A program made the position numbers and the translations under genes. The notes below the pieces were generated by a model. It did no database searches, had not been told where the DNA came from, and worked only from the letters and a program-made list of their open reading frames with translations. This document shows positions 38,044 through 52,324 of a stretch of 64,000 nt of DNA, one piece after another. Positions within the stretch are counted from its first letter, which is position 1; the number at the start of each line of letters is the position of its first letter. This DNA comes from Octopus sinensis (lineage: Eukaryota), in NCBI RefSeq assembly GCF_006345805.1, contig NC_043012.1:20150001-20214000 (forward strand), written 5' to 3'.

Positions 38044-38960
38044 ATTGGGTTAGCAACTAAGTTCCCGCCGTTTTTTAAATTAAAAGTTTTTAAGAGGTTT
38101 AATAGAAAATAACAACTAATTAATCAATAATGTATTCACCCTTGTTGTTTACAATTTCTTCCCAACGTTCAACAATATTTCCAATACCTCATTGGTAGAA
38201 ATCACCCGATTTCGACTCGAAAAGTAGTTTGAACCAAGCTCTCAATACTGCATCAGTATTGAACGAAACTCCGAAATTGAAAGAAATCGAAAGAGGTGAA
38301 AATCCGTTGGTGCTAAATCAGGAGCGTACTGTCGGTGTAGAAGCACTTCCCAGCCATGGGTTTGAAGGGCTTCCTTGGACATATTGGCGATATGAGGACG
38401 GGCGTTGTCGTTCATCAGAAGAACCGATTTGGTCTTTTTCTCTTGAATAGCCATGTTGAGTCATTCCAATTGGTGAACATAGTGTTCCGCGTTGACCGTT
38501 TGGTTCCGTTCAAGCAATTCGTAATCCATAATCCCTTCCCATGTCCACCATAGACACGACATCGTTTTAAGCGGATGAAGATCTTGTTTCACGCGCAGTG
38601 TCGCTTGTTTACCGGGACTAAGCCATTCCTTATGCTGATTCATATTGATGTACAGGCACCATTTTCGTCGCCAGTAACGATTCGGTAAAGAAATCATTGC
38701 TTGTTTCCATGATTTGAGCGATGACGAGCAAGCAAACCAGCGGAGATTGTGGCTCGTTGATTTTTATTGTTGTCACTTAAAGCTTGTGAAACCCATGCTC
38801 CATACTTCTGAAACTTTCCCATGGAGTGAAGATGCTTCTCTATAGCATTGTGGGAGTATTCCATTGTTTCTGCCAGGTCCTTTGTCGTTTGAGAATTTTC
38901 GTGCAAAAATCGTTTTTCATTGAACTCAACTGGACGGCCAGAACGAGGTACGTCTTTGAG
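38044..38960 (-). pseudogene. Mariner (DD34D) transposase, 5'-truncated, decayed
   Basis: WVSQAL, IVTGDEKW-like, NDNARPH, YAPDLAPTDFHLF, ERWEEIVNNKGEYI; right TIR tattgggttagcaactaagtt at 38044. Confidence 0.93.
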
Positions 38961-41769
38961 GTAAAAAATACTTTTCGTATTTCGTAATGTTTTTTCTAAA
39001 TATATATATATTCCAGTTTAAGTGTTGAAAATAAGCCTTATCACAAGTAAAAGAATAATAAGCACATGAGTGTTACTGGAATAAGCTCCGAGTGAGGACA
39101 CATGAATGCTATCTTCTACGACAGGAACTTGTATGGTCTGGGAGATCTCAATGACCAAATCATTGTATGAATTATAATTAAAAAACTTGTTCGAGTTAAT
39201 CAGTGTTTAATATTGATGAAATCCTTCCTAGTATTTGAGACAATTTAATTTAGGCGAACTACACCTGTCCTCATGCTCATACAGCAAATTGGAACCTTTA
39301 CATAGTACTGTAACGCTATGTAGGTTTGGAGCAAGCTAAAATAGAAGATCGCTGCTTCAACAACGTGCCCTGCTTCGAACTTAAAAAGAGGAACATAAAA
39401 TCATATACAACTGATTTCCATGTTTGCACTAATGTTCACATTCGTGGCATGGATATTGGCTGTATTCATTTTTCAGAATAAAGACCGCATATTCTGAGGG
39501 CCTCACAAAACCAGACTCGTATATGTTGCTTTCAGTCTGGGTCGTTAAGAAATATGATTTATTCTTGCAATGCTTGATTTAATCGTTCATATCTTCTATT
39601 TGTCAACAGAAACCATGTCCATGATAAAAAAATGTTATTGTTTTAGTAAAGCATAATATATATGCATTGTTACTGAACGATTTCTGAATATAGAGTCTGA
39701 TTCCAGCAAGTTGCTAAATTGAAAATGTCTGCATCGGTTTATGAAGCTAATTCACTTTAGTTACGTTGCAAATTCATGAAAAAATCAGAAAAAGACAATT
39801 ATATAATTGATGACAGTAAACGGTCGTTTCATTAAAAACCTTAACATTCGAAACTGGTGCCCCTCCATAGACATATTTTTTTTTTACTATTTTGACGTTG
39901 ATAAAGGTAAAGCAATTTAATATTCTGCATTCTTCCTAAATGTCTGTGAATAAAATGGAATTGTAATCGGAATTGATTAGATATTTGAGATGGAATTTTC
40001 ACTCAACTACCTCGGAGTTATGGCACTAAGTTTATGTAAACAGTCTGATAACCTTGTTTTGAAAAAATAATTCGCCGTAACATACAATATATGTACTATG
40101 ATGGCAAATGCAAATTTTGCTGCACATCAGAGAAACGAAATGGGGAGACATATTTCTAATCATAATCGATTCCAAAACACAAAAATTAAGATAACATTTT
40201 GACGAGAGTAAATAATTTTAATCTGTTGACTTCTTTGTTTTGATTCCATTTCATTTACGATTATTTGATTTATAAATAGCATTCGGATATTCAAAGCATC
40301 TTTTGTGATATTCGTATCAAAGTGTAATAAACATTAATTCATTCATGCAATAGCATTTTAATTTTTTCCATTTTTTTTTTTGTTGATTCATTCCATTTCA
40401 GCCGTCACTGGTGCTTTTAATATCTAACGAAACACAACGCAATCGTTAAATTATAGCTAGACAATTTTCCCGTATTGTGATTATAGAGGCAATTTATCGA
40501 AATTAACCAGTCTACTGGAATTGTTAGGAGATTGATCACTAACACACAACAAACATGCAAGATTCATTTTAAAAGCTAGAAAGTGCTATGGGGGTTCAGT
40601 TTACACAATAAATACACCAATTAACAAACAAGATAACGAAAAAAGCCAATGGACAACTGATTGCAGAAAGAATTTTATAAAAACGAAAATTACACAAACA
40701 GAATAAATCAATTCATCATTTGAAAAATATTAGCCGTTAATAATGATGGCTTATGTCCGCAAATTAGTCACGTCCATAATGGTTTGTATTTTAGTTTCTT
40801 GGAATAAAAATCAAATTAAAATAGCCTGCATAATGGTACACAACCCTATTAAAACATGGACGATTACTGACAAGAAAAAATACCGCAAATGAAAGCCATC
40901 AAAAATGTTGGTACAACCTCTGAATTATAATCGCGGTTTCGTGAAAAAATAGTATCGTATATTATTGTTAGGAGCCGGGAGACAGCGGTGGACAATAGTT
41001 TACATTCTACCATTCAATGCATTATACTAAGTATTATTTAGCAATTACTGTCTTCCTGCCTTCGGTGAGAAGGTTTTATTTTCTTATTCGGAAAATCATA
41101 TACTATTCCATACAGCAAAGGTATGAGCTTTATAACTAGATATCGTAAGTTGAACAAAATAAGTGTGTGGAAACTGATAAGATACTATTCGTTGAGAAAT
41201 TCATCTGATGACGCACGCTGACAGATAGATATAGATATATAGACAGATACATATATACATACATACTTCCAAAAACACACCAAAATCAGGATTAAAGAAC
41301 TGAAAAAGTAATTGTAGAAAGGAAAGACAATACTTATAAAATTTACTGCTCAAAAAGTCTAGCTGGGGTAATAAAATTTCAAGGGATATTGAAGTGGGTA
41401 CAAAATATAGATTTTGAAAGATTAGAGACTGAAGAAATAATAAAATTCAGAAGGAATATTTAATGAGGCAAAATTCAGTTTCAGCTGGAAAGGTAGAACT
41501 GAAATAAATGAGTAAGGAGCGGTAGTTTAGGATTGATAATAGGAACAAAATGAGACTATTGAGTCCCTAAGTGGGGATGAACAATTACAAGCAAGTTTAA
41601 GTTACATTATATCAGAGGGAAAAGCAAAAATATTCTTTCCTTCATGACATAACAATTCTCCATATTTGTTATGCTTTTAGAGTCGTTTGCCAATAACGCT
41701 CGATCCTCTTGCTCGTAAAGGAAATGGTTTTGATATATACAGAATACAGGCGATGAACCGGTAAAGTTG

Positions 41770-42230
41770 GTTAGCACTCAAAGCAAAATACTTAGTGGTA
41801 TTCCAACCGTCTTTATGCTTTGATTTCAAATTTCGATGAGGTCGATTTTCATTCTTTCGGGCTCGATAAAATAAGTAACAAGCACTGGAGTCGATATCAT
41901 CCGCACACCCCGTTTTCCGAATCATCTGCCTTGAGCCAACATGTGAAACCAATGTGTTCAAAATAAAACTGATACGACATATAGCACTTCTTTCTTTATC
42001 TCTGTTCTCAAAATACATCTTACTGGCAACTCGGTGATAGTTCTACTAAAAATACTTTTGTGATGCAAATTAACAAACTCCATAAATGTTGTCTACGCTT
42101 TTTCTATTTAGATAAAGGGCAAAGTTGACATCAGCGGGAATTGAACTCGGAGAATTATATTAAGGTGTAAGAACGAATGTCACAAAGTAATTTTTCCGAT
42201 GATCTGATAATTCTGCAATTTCAATTCACT
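41770..42230. mobile_element. Highly decayed SINE B fragments
   Basis: ttcaaatttcgatgaggtcga..cgataaaataagta..ctggagtcgat (+) and aaagggcaaagttgacatcagcgggaattgaactc (-). Confidence 0.55.
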
Positions 42231-42526
42231 TAATGGTATCTTACGCAAACACAAAGCCAACAATTTTGTGGTAAGAGATTTAGTCTATTTCATTACTTCG
42301 AAAACTTAATAGTTTTTTTTTTGTACTGGAGGGATGAAAGCCTCGATATACTGGAACTCAGAACAGAACGGACTGGTCGAATGTGAATATTTTTTCTGAC
42401 TTAATAAACATTTTCCTAATCCACAAGAATGTTGATGATGGTGATGATTCGACGATAATGCTGATTTGATGATGGTAACAATAGCACCAACGATGATAGT
42501 AGTAGTAGTAGTAGTAGTAGCAACAT

Positions 42527-42559
<33 letters not shown>

Positions 42560-43146
42560 AGGTGGTGAGTGCCAGCATAAACACTACACTAAATGTCCGT
42601 ATGTTCAGACAATATTGTAAACTGGAGAGGTAAGAGGTCAGCTATCTTTATCAAAATTCTGAAGATATGGTCACCCTCTTCAGGGTTTGGTAAATAAGAT
42701 TTAATAAATATTCTGAAGAAAAAATCAATAAATTTTGCCATGTACTTTCGATAAACGCATTCGCGGCTTATAGTAATTGTATAACATAGAGTGTAAGTCA
42801 GAGGGTTAACTGCAAAACTATAAATATGAAATATCAGATAAAATGTATTGAAGGAAGATGTAGGAACCCCATAACATCTTACATATGGTAAACCGCACAC
42901 AGCCGAGTTCAGATGACTGAGGAGGCCCTGAAAAGAATACAGAGATCGAATACCTACATCAGTACTCTGTTGGCGTGTTAATAACAAACATGAGGCCATA
43001 CTGATTAACATAGAAATACAATTGTATCGGACACCCACATGACGCAACAGTCATAGAGAGACATGATTCCATACATATAAAACAACCGATATTTTACAGA
43101 AAAAATGCGTAAATATGGCACCACCAACGCAGTGGTGTGTATGGAT

Positions 43147-43540
43147 ACTCTTTTACTTGTTTCAGTCATTTGACTGCGGCCATGCTGGAGCACCGCCTTT
43201 AATCGAGCAACTCGACCCCGGGACTTATTCTTTGTAAGCCCAGTACTTATTCTATCGGTCTCTTTTGCCGAACCGCCAATTAACGGGGACATAAACACAC
43301 CAGCATCGGTCGTCAAGCAATGCTAGGGGAGCAAACACAAACATACACGCACACACATATCTACATATATATACATATATACGACGGGCTTCTTTCAGTT
43401 TCCGTCTACCAAATCCACTCACAAGGCTTTGGTCGGCCCGAGGCTATAGTAGAAGACACTTGCCCAAGGTGCCACGCAGTGGGACTGAAGCGGAACCATG
43501 TGGTTGGTAAACAAGCTACTTACCACACAGCCACTCCTGC
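43147..43540 (-). mobile_element. SINE family A, full length
   Basis: As 35156-35570. Confidence 0.95.
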
Positions 43541-44028
43541 ATGTGTATACATGCAGAAGAACTGTACTCATGCAAGAGTAAATAAGGTTGACAATATATT
43601 TATTAAATTCTTGAGATATAAACGAGACGAATGTGTGGCCCAGATGGTTGTACAAATGAAGGGAAAATAATGCCTGCCAACAGAATGCGAAAAGGAGAAT
43701 TGCAAAAAGGTGACATTGACACATGAGTGCGTACACATGTACACATATAAACACAAACGCGCACAGGCAGCTCACAACTCAATAATCACTGAATACGGCA
43801 AAACAAATGCTTAAACACCCTGATATACTCAAACATTAACTACATCCCATAATGTTTAAATACATTAACAAATGCTAGGAGAAAATGCGGTACATCTGTT
43901 GTAACGAGGGTAGTGATGAGAATAGTGATGAGAAGGCTGACTGAACGACTGATCTACAATTTGAGTAGTCAACTAGTATCTGGAAACTACTTAACTAACA
44001 GTAAAAATAAATGAAGGCCTGTATGTAT

Positions 44029-44433
44029 ATTTCTTTATTGCCCACAGGGGGCTAAACAATGAGGGGACAAACAAAGGGATTAAGTCGATTACATCGACCC
44101 CAGTGCGTAATTGGTTCTTATTTAATCGACCACGAAAGGATGAAAGACAAAGTCGACCTCAGTGGAACTTGAACTCAGAACGTAACGGCTGACGAAATAC
44201 CTATTTCTTTACTACCAGCAAGGGGTTAAACACAGAGAGGACAAACGGGGACAGACAAACGGATTAAGTTGATTATATCAACCCCAGTGCGTAACTGATA
44301 CTTATTTAATTGACCCCGAAAGGATGAAAGGTACAGTCGACCTCGGCGGAATTTGAACTCAGAACGTAGCGGCAGACGAAATACCGCTAAGCATTTCGCC
44401 CGGCGTGCTAACGATTCTGCCAGCTCGCCGCCT
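44029..44433 (-). mobile_element. SINE family B with tandemly duplicated ~170-bp body
   Basis: 44029-44200 repeats as 44202-44382; head ggcggcgagctggcagaatcgttagc; flanking gcctgtatgt direct repeat. Confidence 0.92.
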
Positions 44434-46789
44434 GTATGTGCTTTTCCATACTCTCAAGTTATAACGATGTGTGTGTGAGTGATTTTTTTTTGTGTGTTCA
44501 TCAGTGTGTAAGTGTGCCTGTGTGTGCGCGTGCGTGTAGATACGCGTTTGTGTACGTGAGTGTGTTTGTCTACTTCGCTTCAAGAAGGTAAATAATGTGC
44601 GACATGCATCAGAGAGTGGACCGGACCTCGGACGACCATAAGGGGATTAAATATTAAACGATCTTGTGGAATAAACCTGATCAATGTAAAACTAAATAGC
44701 ACACGAGAAAGGAATAACTCTTGGATCTTGACTTAAACAAGGGTACATTTTGAATGAGCGATAAATTGATAAGTGGGTTTTAACATACTTAAAGAAGGAA
44801 GCTATGATAAATACATACTTACATATGTGTGTATGAGCGTGTGTTGCAATTAATTAAAATTCTATTTTTTTCACCTTATGCACTCCTGTCGTAAAAGAGA
44901 AAACATACATTGGATAATGTAAACCGACTTACACTTTATTGAAAAAGGTGGAATTTATTTGATCTTTGTTCCTTGTGATCAGGGTTGACCTGCAGCTAAC
45001 CAATATCAAAATATCAATACACATGAGGTGCTTAACATTGATATTATCCATATATGCTGTTTATTATGTATATGTATACGTGCTTGGAAGCATTTTGCAA
45101 ACTAAATTTTTATAATATCTTTAGGGAATTTCGAATAATTATATTCAGTTAATTATATTATAATGCTTGCTACTATTTATTCTATATTAAATATTGTTAT
45201 CGTTACTGCGTTTATAGCTAAATTTTCGCTTTGATTAATTATTGTTCGTTGAAACAGAGTAGGATATAATATGAAAAAAAATACATGTAAAACATTAATA
45301 ATATAAATTTAATTAGAAACACCAACTTAATGGTCATTACACTTCAGGAACAAAGACAATTTCTATCTGTTATTACAATGCAATTATTCTGAATTTTCAT
45401 TTTACTTCGGAATGTATCGTTTATGGTCGTTAAATTCCACTTAAAAGTTCCTGCTTTCCGATAATTGCCCGTAAGGATTTGTTTAATGAGTTATTTCAGC
45501 AATATATTCTTTGCAAAAATATTTTCTTTACTGTCGTCATCCATCATTTATTGTCAAAGCAAAATAATTTATTGAACACTCAACAATCATATATTACTAT
45601 TCCCTTCTTGCTTTTAATCGATTAACAAGGACAAATTCCTGAAGAATATTTAACCATCAACCACTCCCGTTCAGCATCGTTTTAACTTTATGAGACTCGA
45701 TTATATTTATATATTACAGGACCCTTACTCAAAATATTAATATTTATTATTGCAATCTGCTAAAGTAATATTTTGTAAAGATTTATTTCATATTTAAGGA
45801 TTTTGTAAATACATCATTATTTTAAAGATACGGCTTAGAGGGTGACTTCTAAACCCTTTTTAAATAATACTCAAAATATTGTATATGTTGTTTTAAATAC
45901 AACATTCACTTCAATTATACTAATAGCCGAATCCCCACTATGTTCAGTAAAGCTTGTAGAGAATATCAAATGTTTAAAACAGAATTAAATGCGGTGACAG
46001 ATTTCTGTTGCTGAGGCTATGTATTTCATTTTTGTCGTTTCATTAGTTATTGAATATTACTAATATGCTGCCTTCAAGATGTCCTCAGTGCCGTCAATAT
46101 ATTTATATTCACATCCATAACACTTTACATGCTTCAAAGCACCATTAATCTGTTTACCCTAACTGCAATTATATTTTAGGTCAAACTGCCTACAGTGGTG
46201 TTTGAATTATATATTGCATCATACTCCCTATAATGTGAAACTAAAAACCGAGTACTACTGCGCATTTGTGTGACAATAGGTATTGTGCATGAAAGAACAT
46301 TAAATTTAGTAATAGTATACAAAGCGAATGATTTGTAGCTTTCTGAGGTGAGTGGTAAATATCAAGCGTTCAAGAAGTTGAAATGCATTATTAACCATCA
46401 GAACGAGAACTCTCCAAACAAGTTGTGACATTTTGTAAAAAGAACGCGGAAATGACAGTTCCAATCCAGATAACACATATCGGTATACATCACTGGGAAT
46501 ATCATGAGTGTGTACCTGTATGTATGTGTGCGCGAATGCATGCGTGTGTGCGTGTGTGTGTTTGTGTGTGTGCCCATGTGTGCAAATAGTTATATCTATC
46601 AATTATGGTAGACGCTCCTGTCGTTTACAGCAGACGAGGTTTCTATCCCTTTTTTGCTGAACAACAAGCTCAGACGATTTGTTTATAAAGGTCACGTATT
46701 TGTAGAGTACAGTAGATTACTCCCTCCATATATTTATCGCTAACGAAGACATTTTTAACAGTCACGCACCTTATTGCAATCAGGCTCTC

Positions 46790-48667
46790 CAAATAAGCAG
46801 CTTCCGCGAAAAAAATCTATTGTATCCCCAACTTCCAGCTTAAAACTGAAATATCATATCCCTTCTGCAATACTACGGACACTGCTTTCACTCTACACCA
46901 ATCCAACGACTCCACAAAAAAAAAACCTTACACAACGTACTCGACTACACGAGTGGCCACCCCGAGCCTATAACAACTACAAGCACCCCCCTTCACATCA
47001 TACCACTACAACTACACACTAAACAATCTAAAGCCAAGAAGCCTAGAATAGCATGGTTTGCATCGCCCTTCTATCTCCAAGTGAAATCTGTACCTAAATT
47101 CTTGTTTAAATTTCTAAAATCTAATTTTCCAATACAACATAAATACTATCTCATCTTTAACAAATCGTCCGTGAAAATCTACTCTACCACACCTAATTTA
47201 GGATCCATAATCGCCTCCTCGAAAACACACAAACTCCAGCATCAGTCCTCTGAACACCTAAACTCCCACACTGCACCCCAAGTTAGTCCACGTACTAGCA
47301 ATAACACAATCCTTAATAACCCGCCTGAATTAAATGAGACCAAACTGAAACCAAGATCCCGCAATACTGCCTATGCGGTAGCAAATACTTCCTCCGATAC
47401 CACATCCAACTCCAATACAAATACAAATAATAAATTAGGTTCTCCTCAGTAGCAAGAAACCAATAAAGCTCGCTAGTAGTAAACCCCAACATGAAGCCGG
47501 TAAAAAAAATTGCATCTGTCGGGCATGTAAATGATGCCCCCTGGCATGTTTCTGTGATGTACAGGTGACGTGTTATAAGATCCCGCAAAATTTCAAGCGC
47601 TGCTACTCTTTCACTAATCCATAAGTCTAAAATATCTACCACTTTAGCAAAATACATACATAATCTCAAATGGCAAAATATCCTATACACCATATTCTGG
47701 TCCATAGTAAGTGAAGTCCCCCCCCCATACAATGTAAATATCGGTAAATGTAAGTTAAGTCTAAAAGAATCATTATTCTTCGCATTCCCAATTCCTCATT
47801 ACTCAATAGATACTACTTAACTTTCATGCACTTTGCTAAATCTATATGATTTTATAGGTTTCCATACCGAGAAAACCTTAATCTAAACGAAAGTCAGCCT
47901 TACAGCCAACTAACCACCCGACCCCCGTCATCTAATTTCTTCTCATACCCACATCTCAAATTTCTTTCAAATCTTCAAATCAGCCACTTCCCCACTTAGC
48001 ACCCCCACCCCGCCCCCCTTTAGCTACTGAACAAGACAAATCATTTTGCCCAATCAATAATAAACCCTTTTCACTATCTCAATCTTTAACTCTACAACAG
48101 CCATACAATCTATTACAAAGTTATCTCTCACATACTACTAGAACAACCCTTCTCTCTTCCTCCCAACTTCCGCATCTACTACTATCACTAGCCTCGTTAT
48201 TAACCCTAACCCTGAAATCTATTTTCTCCTCCCAATACTCTCTATCTAAACACCCTCAACTCCCCTTCTTAACACAATTCCCCACAAAATCATTCTTTCA
48301 CTAAACTCCATCCTGTCAAATCCTCAAATATAAAATTCTCAGATATAACTTTCTCCCCTGAAAGAGAGGCAGTGTTATCCGGTGATGGATCCAAGTAATT
48401 ATCATTATTCCGGACCACCGAGCCCCCCACAAACAGCTACTGGGCTCGTAAAATCTACACATTTAACTCCTCATATCATTTATATTCTGTACGTCGGATT
48501 ATTCTATTTCAATACACATGTATAGTTTTTCTATTGAATCTATTTAATATTCGGTGTAAATCGACTTACCGAACTTGCTTCTCATTACATTTACTTATCT
48601 ACCAGCTGAAGTTCAAATCTCTTGAGTACTTCGAAGTGTATTCTATATAGACAACACCTCTCTCTAA

Positions 48668-48728
<61 letters not shown>

Positions 48729-49016
48729 TTTACTCATAAGGTATTGGAATCTTACATATATTCCATTCTGCCTATAAAATGGATCTACAACTTCAATACG
48801 CCTACATATATCACATCTATTTTCTTTCCTCCACCTCACTCTCTATTTTGTATCCTATCTAAATTAAGTATTACTTAACCATCTTCTCACACCGTCTCCG
48901 ATGAATGGATATAATTAATAAATATCCTGGAAACAGCTGTAAGAACTTCTATCTATAAATGTTCGATTATCTACACAACATTGGGTTTTTAATCTTATTA
49001 CTCAAAAAATTCTTAC

Positions 49017-49020
<4 letters not shown>
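46790..49020 (+). mobile_element. 5'-truncated Penelope-like retroelement (RT thumb, Cys linker, GIY-YIG tail, 3'UTR, hammerhead)
   Basis: RIAWFASPF..FLKSNFP..HKYYLIFNKSSVKI..PNLGSII (cf. WFNPPF..HFP..HKIFNRNTVK..PN); CICR..CPL..C; STTLAKYIHNLK..WSI..YN..KCKLSLKE; frameshifted. Confidence 0.9.
48893..48946 (+). ncRNA. Type-I hammerhead in PLE terminal repeat
   Basis: tct CCGATGA at ggatat..atatcc tg GAAA CAGCTG TA aga; palindromic stem III; GUA. Confidence 0.75.
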
Positions 49021-49075
<55 letters not shown>

Positions 49076-49104
49076 TACACACACACACGCGCACACACAC
49101 ACAT

Positions 49105-49148
<44 letters not shown>

Positions 49149-49152
<4 letters not shown>

Positions 49153-49505
49153 TATTAGTGAATTGAAGAAATGGAGTTGAACGAAGATTGAACAGAAATC
49201 CTTTTATTGCATTCTACACGTGTTTCGAAAGCCACAATTTACCAAATTCGGAATTTGGTAAATTGTGGCTTTCGAAACACGTGTAGAATGCAATAAAAGG
49301 ATTTCTGTTCAATCTTCGTTCAACTCCATTTCTTCAATTCACTAATAATATTAAAATTCAATTATCCGCACCAACGCACGGTTGCAACACCATATGGTGG
49401 TACCTCCAACCGTGCTTTCTTCTGCTGTGATTTTTGCTACCAAGGTATCGGTTAAACTTTTGATTAATCTGCACAAGATTATTCATCTTTCTATTTCACC
49501 AAATA
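49149..49505 (+). mobile_element. Perfect 203-bp palindrome (101-bp arms, 1-nt spacer at 49250) plus tail, in (TA)n
   Basis: Arms checked base by base; each contains the 3' half of a hammerhead (GAAACACGTGTA, 49274-49285). Confidence 0.93.
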
Positions 49506-52276
49506 TATATATATATATACATTTCTGTATATGCATATATACATATATTTGTGTGTATGAGTTTTATGGAATCTTGGTTATATTTGATAAACGATACAGT
49601 TTGGAACATATATCTGGATGAAGTTTGTATATTGCAAAGAACCAGCGTGTTATAAATACCTAAACTATATGGAAATATTTTTCATATTTCAATGATTTTT
49701 GTATTTCACTTATTGTAAGAACAAACTAATTTATTTATTTATTTGAAGAATTCAACGTCATATCTGTACTTTTCACATAACAATGGAAGACAGATAACAT
49801 TTTAAGAAGTTAATATGACATCTGAAATTCAAATATTGAATTTATGGCATCAAGTGAAAGTTAATATACAATCCATATTTTGAGAGGTAAAAAAAACTGC
49901 TAGACTTTATTCCTTAGATCTGTGATAGTATTTTTCTCTAATCTTACTTTCGTTATTCATCATTGAGAAATTTTCTCCAGGCTAATATGCAACATTTTAA
50001 ACATCAATATTTTGAAACCGCTAATTTATCCAAATATTTAATTATTACCGACGTAATTTATGTATTAGTTTATAAACCAGAAATTTATAATCTATATCAA
50101 AGTTTTTATCTTCCCTGTTGGTTCAGAACTACATTAATCTGCTTTTCATTTGGAGGCAAGTGATCTACACATAAAAATATATGCAGTTTCAATAACCATC
50201 AAGATTATATTTTGGTATTTCAGTATTATTATAACCGTATATCTCCCCCTGTGTATATTATAAACATATATTAATATCTCGTCCTTTCTTTCATGTTCTT
50301 TGTCCCTCTCTCTTTATATATATATATATATTTGTGTGTGTGTGTGTGCAGTGGGTGTACAGTTTGCTTATTGTTATCGTATTATAGTGCTATATATATA
50401 CCAACTGCATACTAATAAACCACTATATTTGTATGTTACGTAACTTTTCGATTCAAAGTAGCATCATGTGTTAAGGCGTTTTAGCAGGAAAAGTCTTTTC
50501 CACCGATTACAAATATTCTTATTCTCAAAGCCTTTCACAAAATTTTTCCTCAATTTTCCTACATATAGAATATTGTCGATAGACGAATAATCTATTATTG
50601 CTTTATCTGTTGATGACCTCGCTGATTTAACTATTTTGATACACGTGTATTACTCGTTTGCCAGTTCTACGCTCTATGTTTCTGTTTTCAGCGAAAATAA
50701 ATACATAGGCACCATCTGTAGTTCTCTGAGTCGATCTAGAACTATGAGAAAATTTGGGAAATGTGTGGACCCCCAAAACGAAGTGATGTGTATATAAGAA
50801 AGTCGTTACCGATCAATCGTATGTATAAGGCAATTTAGGATGAAGTTTTTGAAAGTTTTTAAATTTTGGCTTTGATTAATAAATAATTGATTATTGAAAT
50901 ATTATCCATAATTATATCGTTGACCACGTATATGAATAAAATGAAATCCATGAGTATAATGAATCGTTTAATAAACGTTATTCTGTGCAATTTTCGATTA
51001 AGTTTAGAGAAGTATTCAAGTAATTGAAATGTTTCATTAAAATTATATAGATCTTTTCTACAATACGAAACAGAAAATTACATTTTCAATTTCTTTGATA
51101 ACATAATTAAATTTCCCATTTAGTTAAAATAAAAAAAAACTTTGCGTATTCTCACTAATTTAAGAAGAAACGAATAAATTGATTGTATTTAAATCTTACA
51201 GAACAGAATACGTTGTCCCTGATCAAATACTACAGCAAAAACATTTAAAGACACACAACGTTTGAATTGAAACGTCAAATACAAATATAGTATTGTCCAA
51301 TATTTATTAAATGAAATACCTGCAGATACGATACAGTTATACACTAGTGGAAAATATTTATAGGCATCCTAATTCGCAAATCGGAATAGAAACGAGGATC
51401 TTTAACATGCACACTAAAACCGCTCCTTCGGAATAGTCGTAATAACACCTGGAATTATGTCAGAGAAGATTCAGTAGGAGAGATCGTCCTAAAAATTAGA
51501 GTAATTATGGATATAGAAATTGTTAATTTCATGAAATACATTATAGGCCGGATGTATTCTTTTTTGATCAATTCCAGAATATATGTTTATCATTTCTCAA
51601 ATACGAATCTTTACACTCACAGACGTTAAAAGGATCAACTAAATCTACCAATTAAGGAAATATAAACTAATGTGTGGCAAAATACAAGTTTCCACAGTTA
51701 GTATTCTCTGCCACCATAACAAAAATATATTAGGTTCAAACTCATTTTCCCAAAATGTAAAAGTTGTAATTACATCACTGTAATTGTTTTATTTTCTGTT
51801 TAATTAGGTGGTATGTTTCAAATCATTGGAAGCGTCATGAACGAACAACTTTAACTCATCTTCGCATATAAAGGTGTACCACGTTTCTAAATAAATACCT
51901 GTTTGAAGAGACTACTGTATACCAGATTAATAAATTTGAGGTGTAATACTGCAATTAAGTTCATCAATTACTCAGGGAAATATGTTTAAATAACAAGAGA
52001 TTAATTGAATTGAGTTTATTTTATCATCATATTATTGATTAAAATTCCTAGTAGCGCTTAGTTGAACGTTAACTCACAACCACAAAGATACATTTTTGAT
52101 ACAATTTCAGTTTCGAAAATAATTTGGATTAAAAAAATATATCCAAATCCAAAGCGTTTAAATGAATTCGCAACGGAATGATGTACAAACCAATATATCT
52201 GAAACTCTTCGGGATTCAAGATTTGAAATCACACACACAGATACCCCACCCCCTCACATATATATATATATACATA

Positions 52277-52324
<48 letters not shown>

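Noticed and set aside
47511-47555. In-frame TGA in the PLE Cys linker (CICRACK*CPL), possible selenocysteine as reported for some PLEs
   Set aside because: The TGA aligns to a non-conserved position before CPL, not to a conserved Cys, and the element is frameshifted elsewhere.
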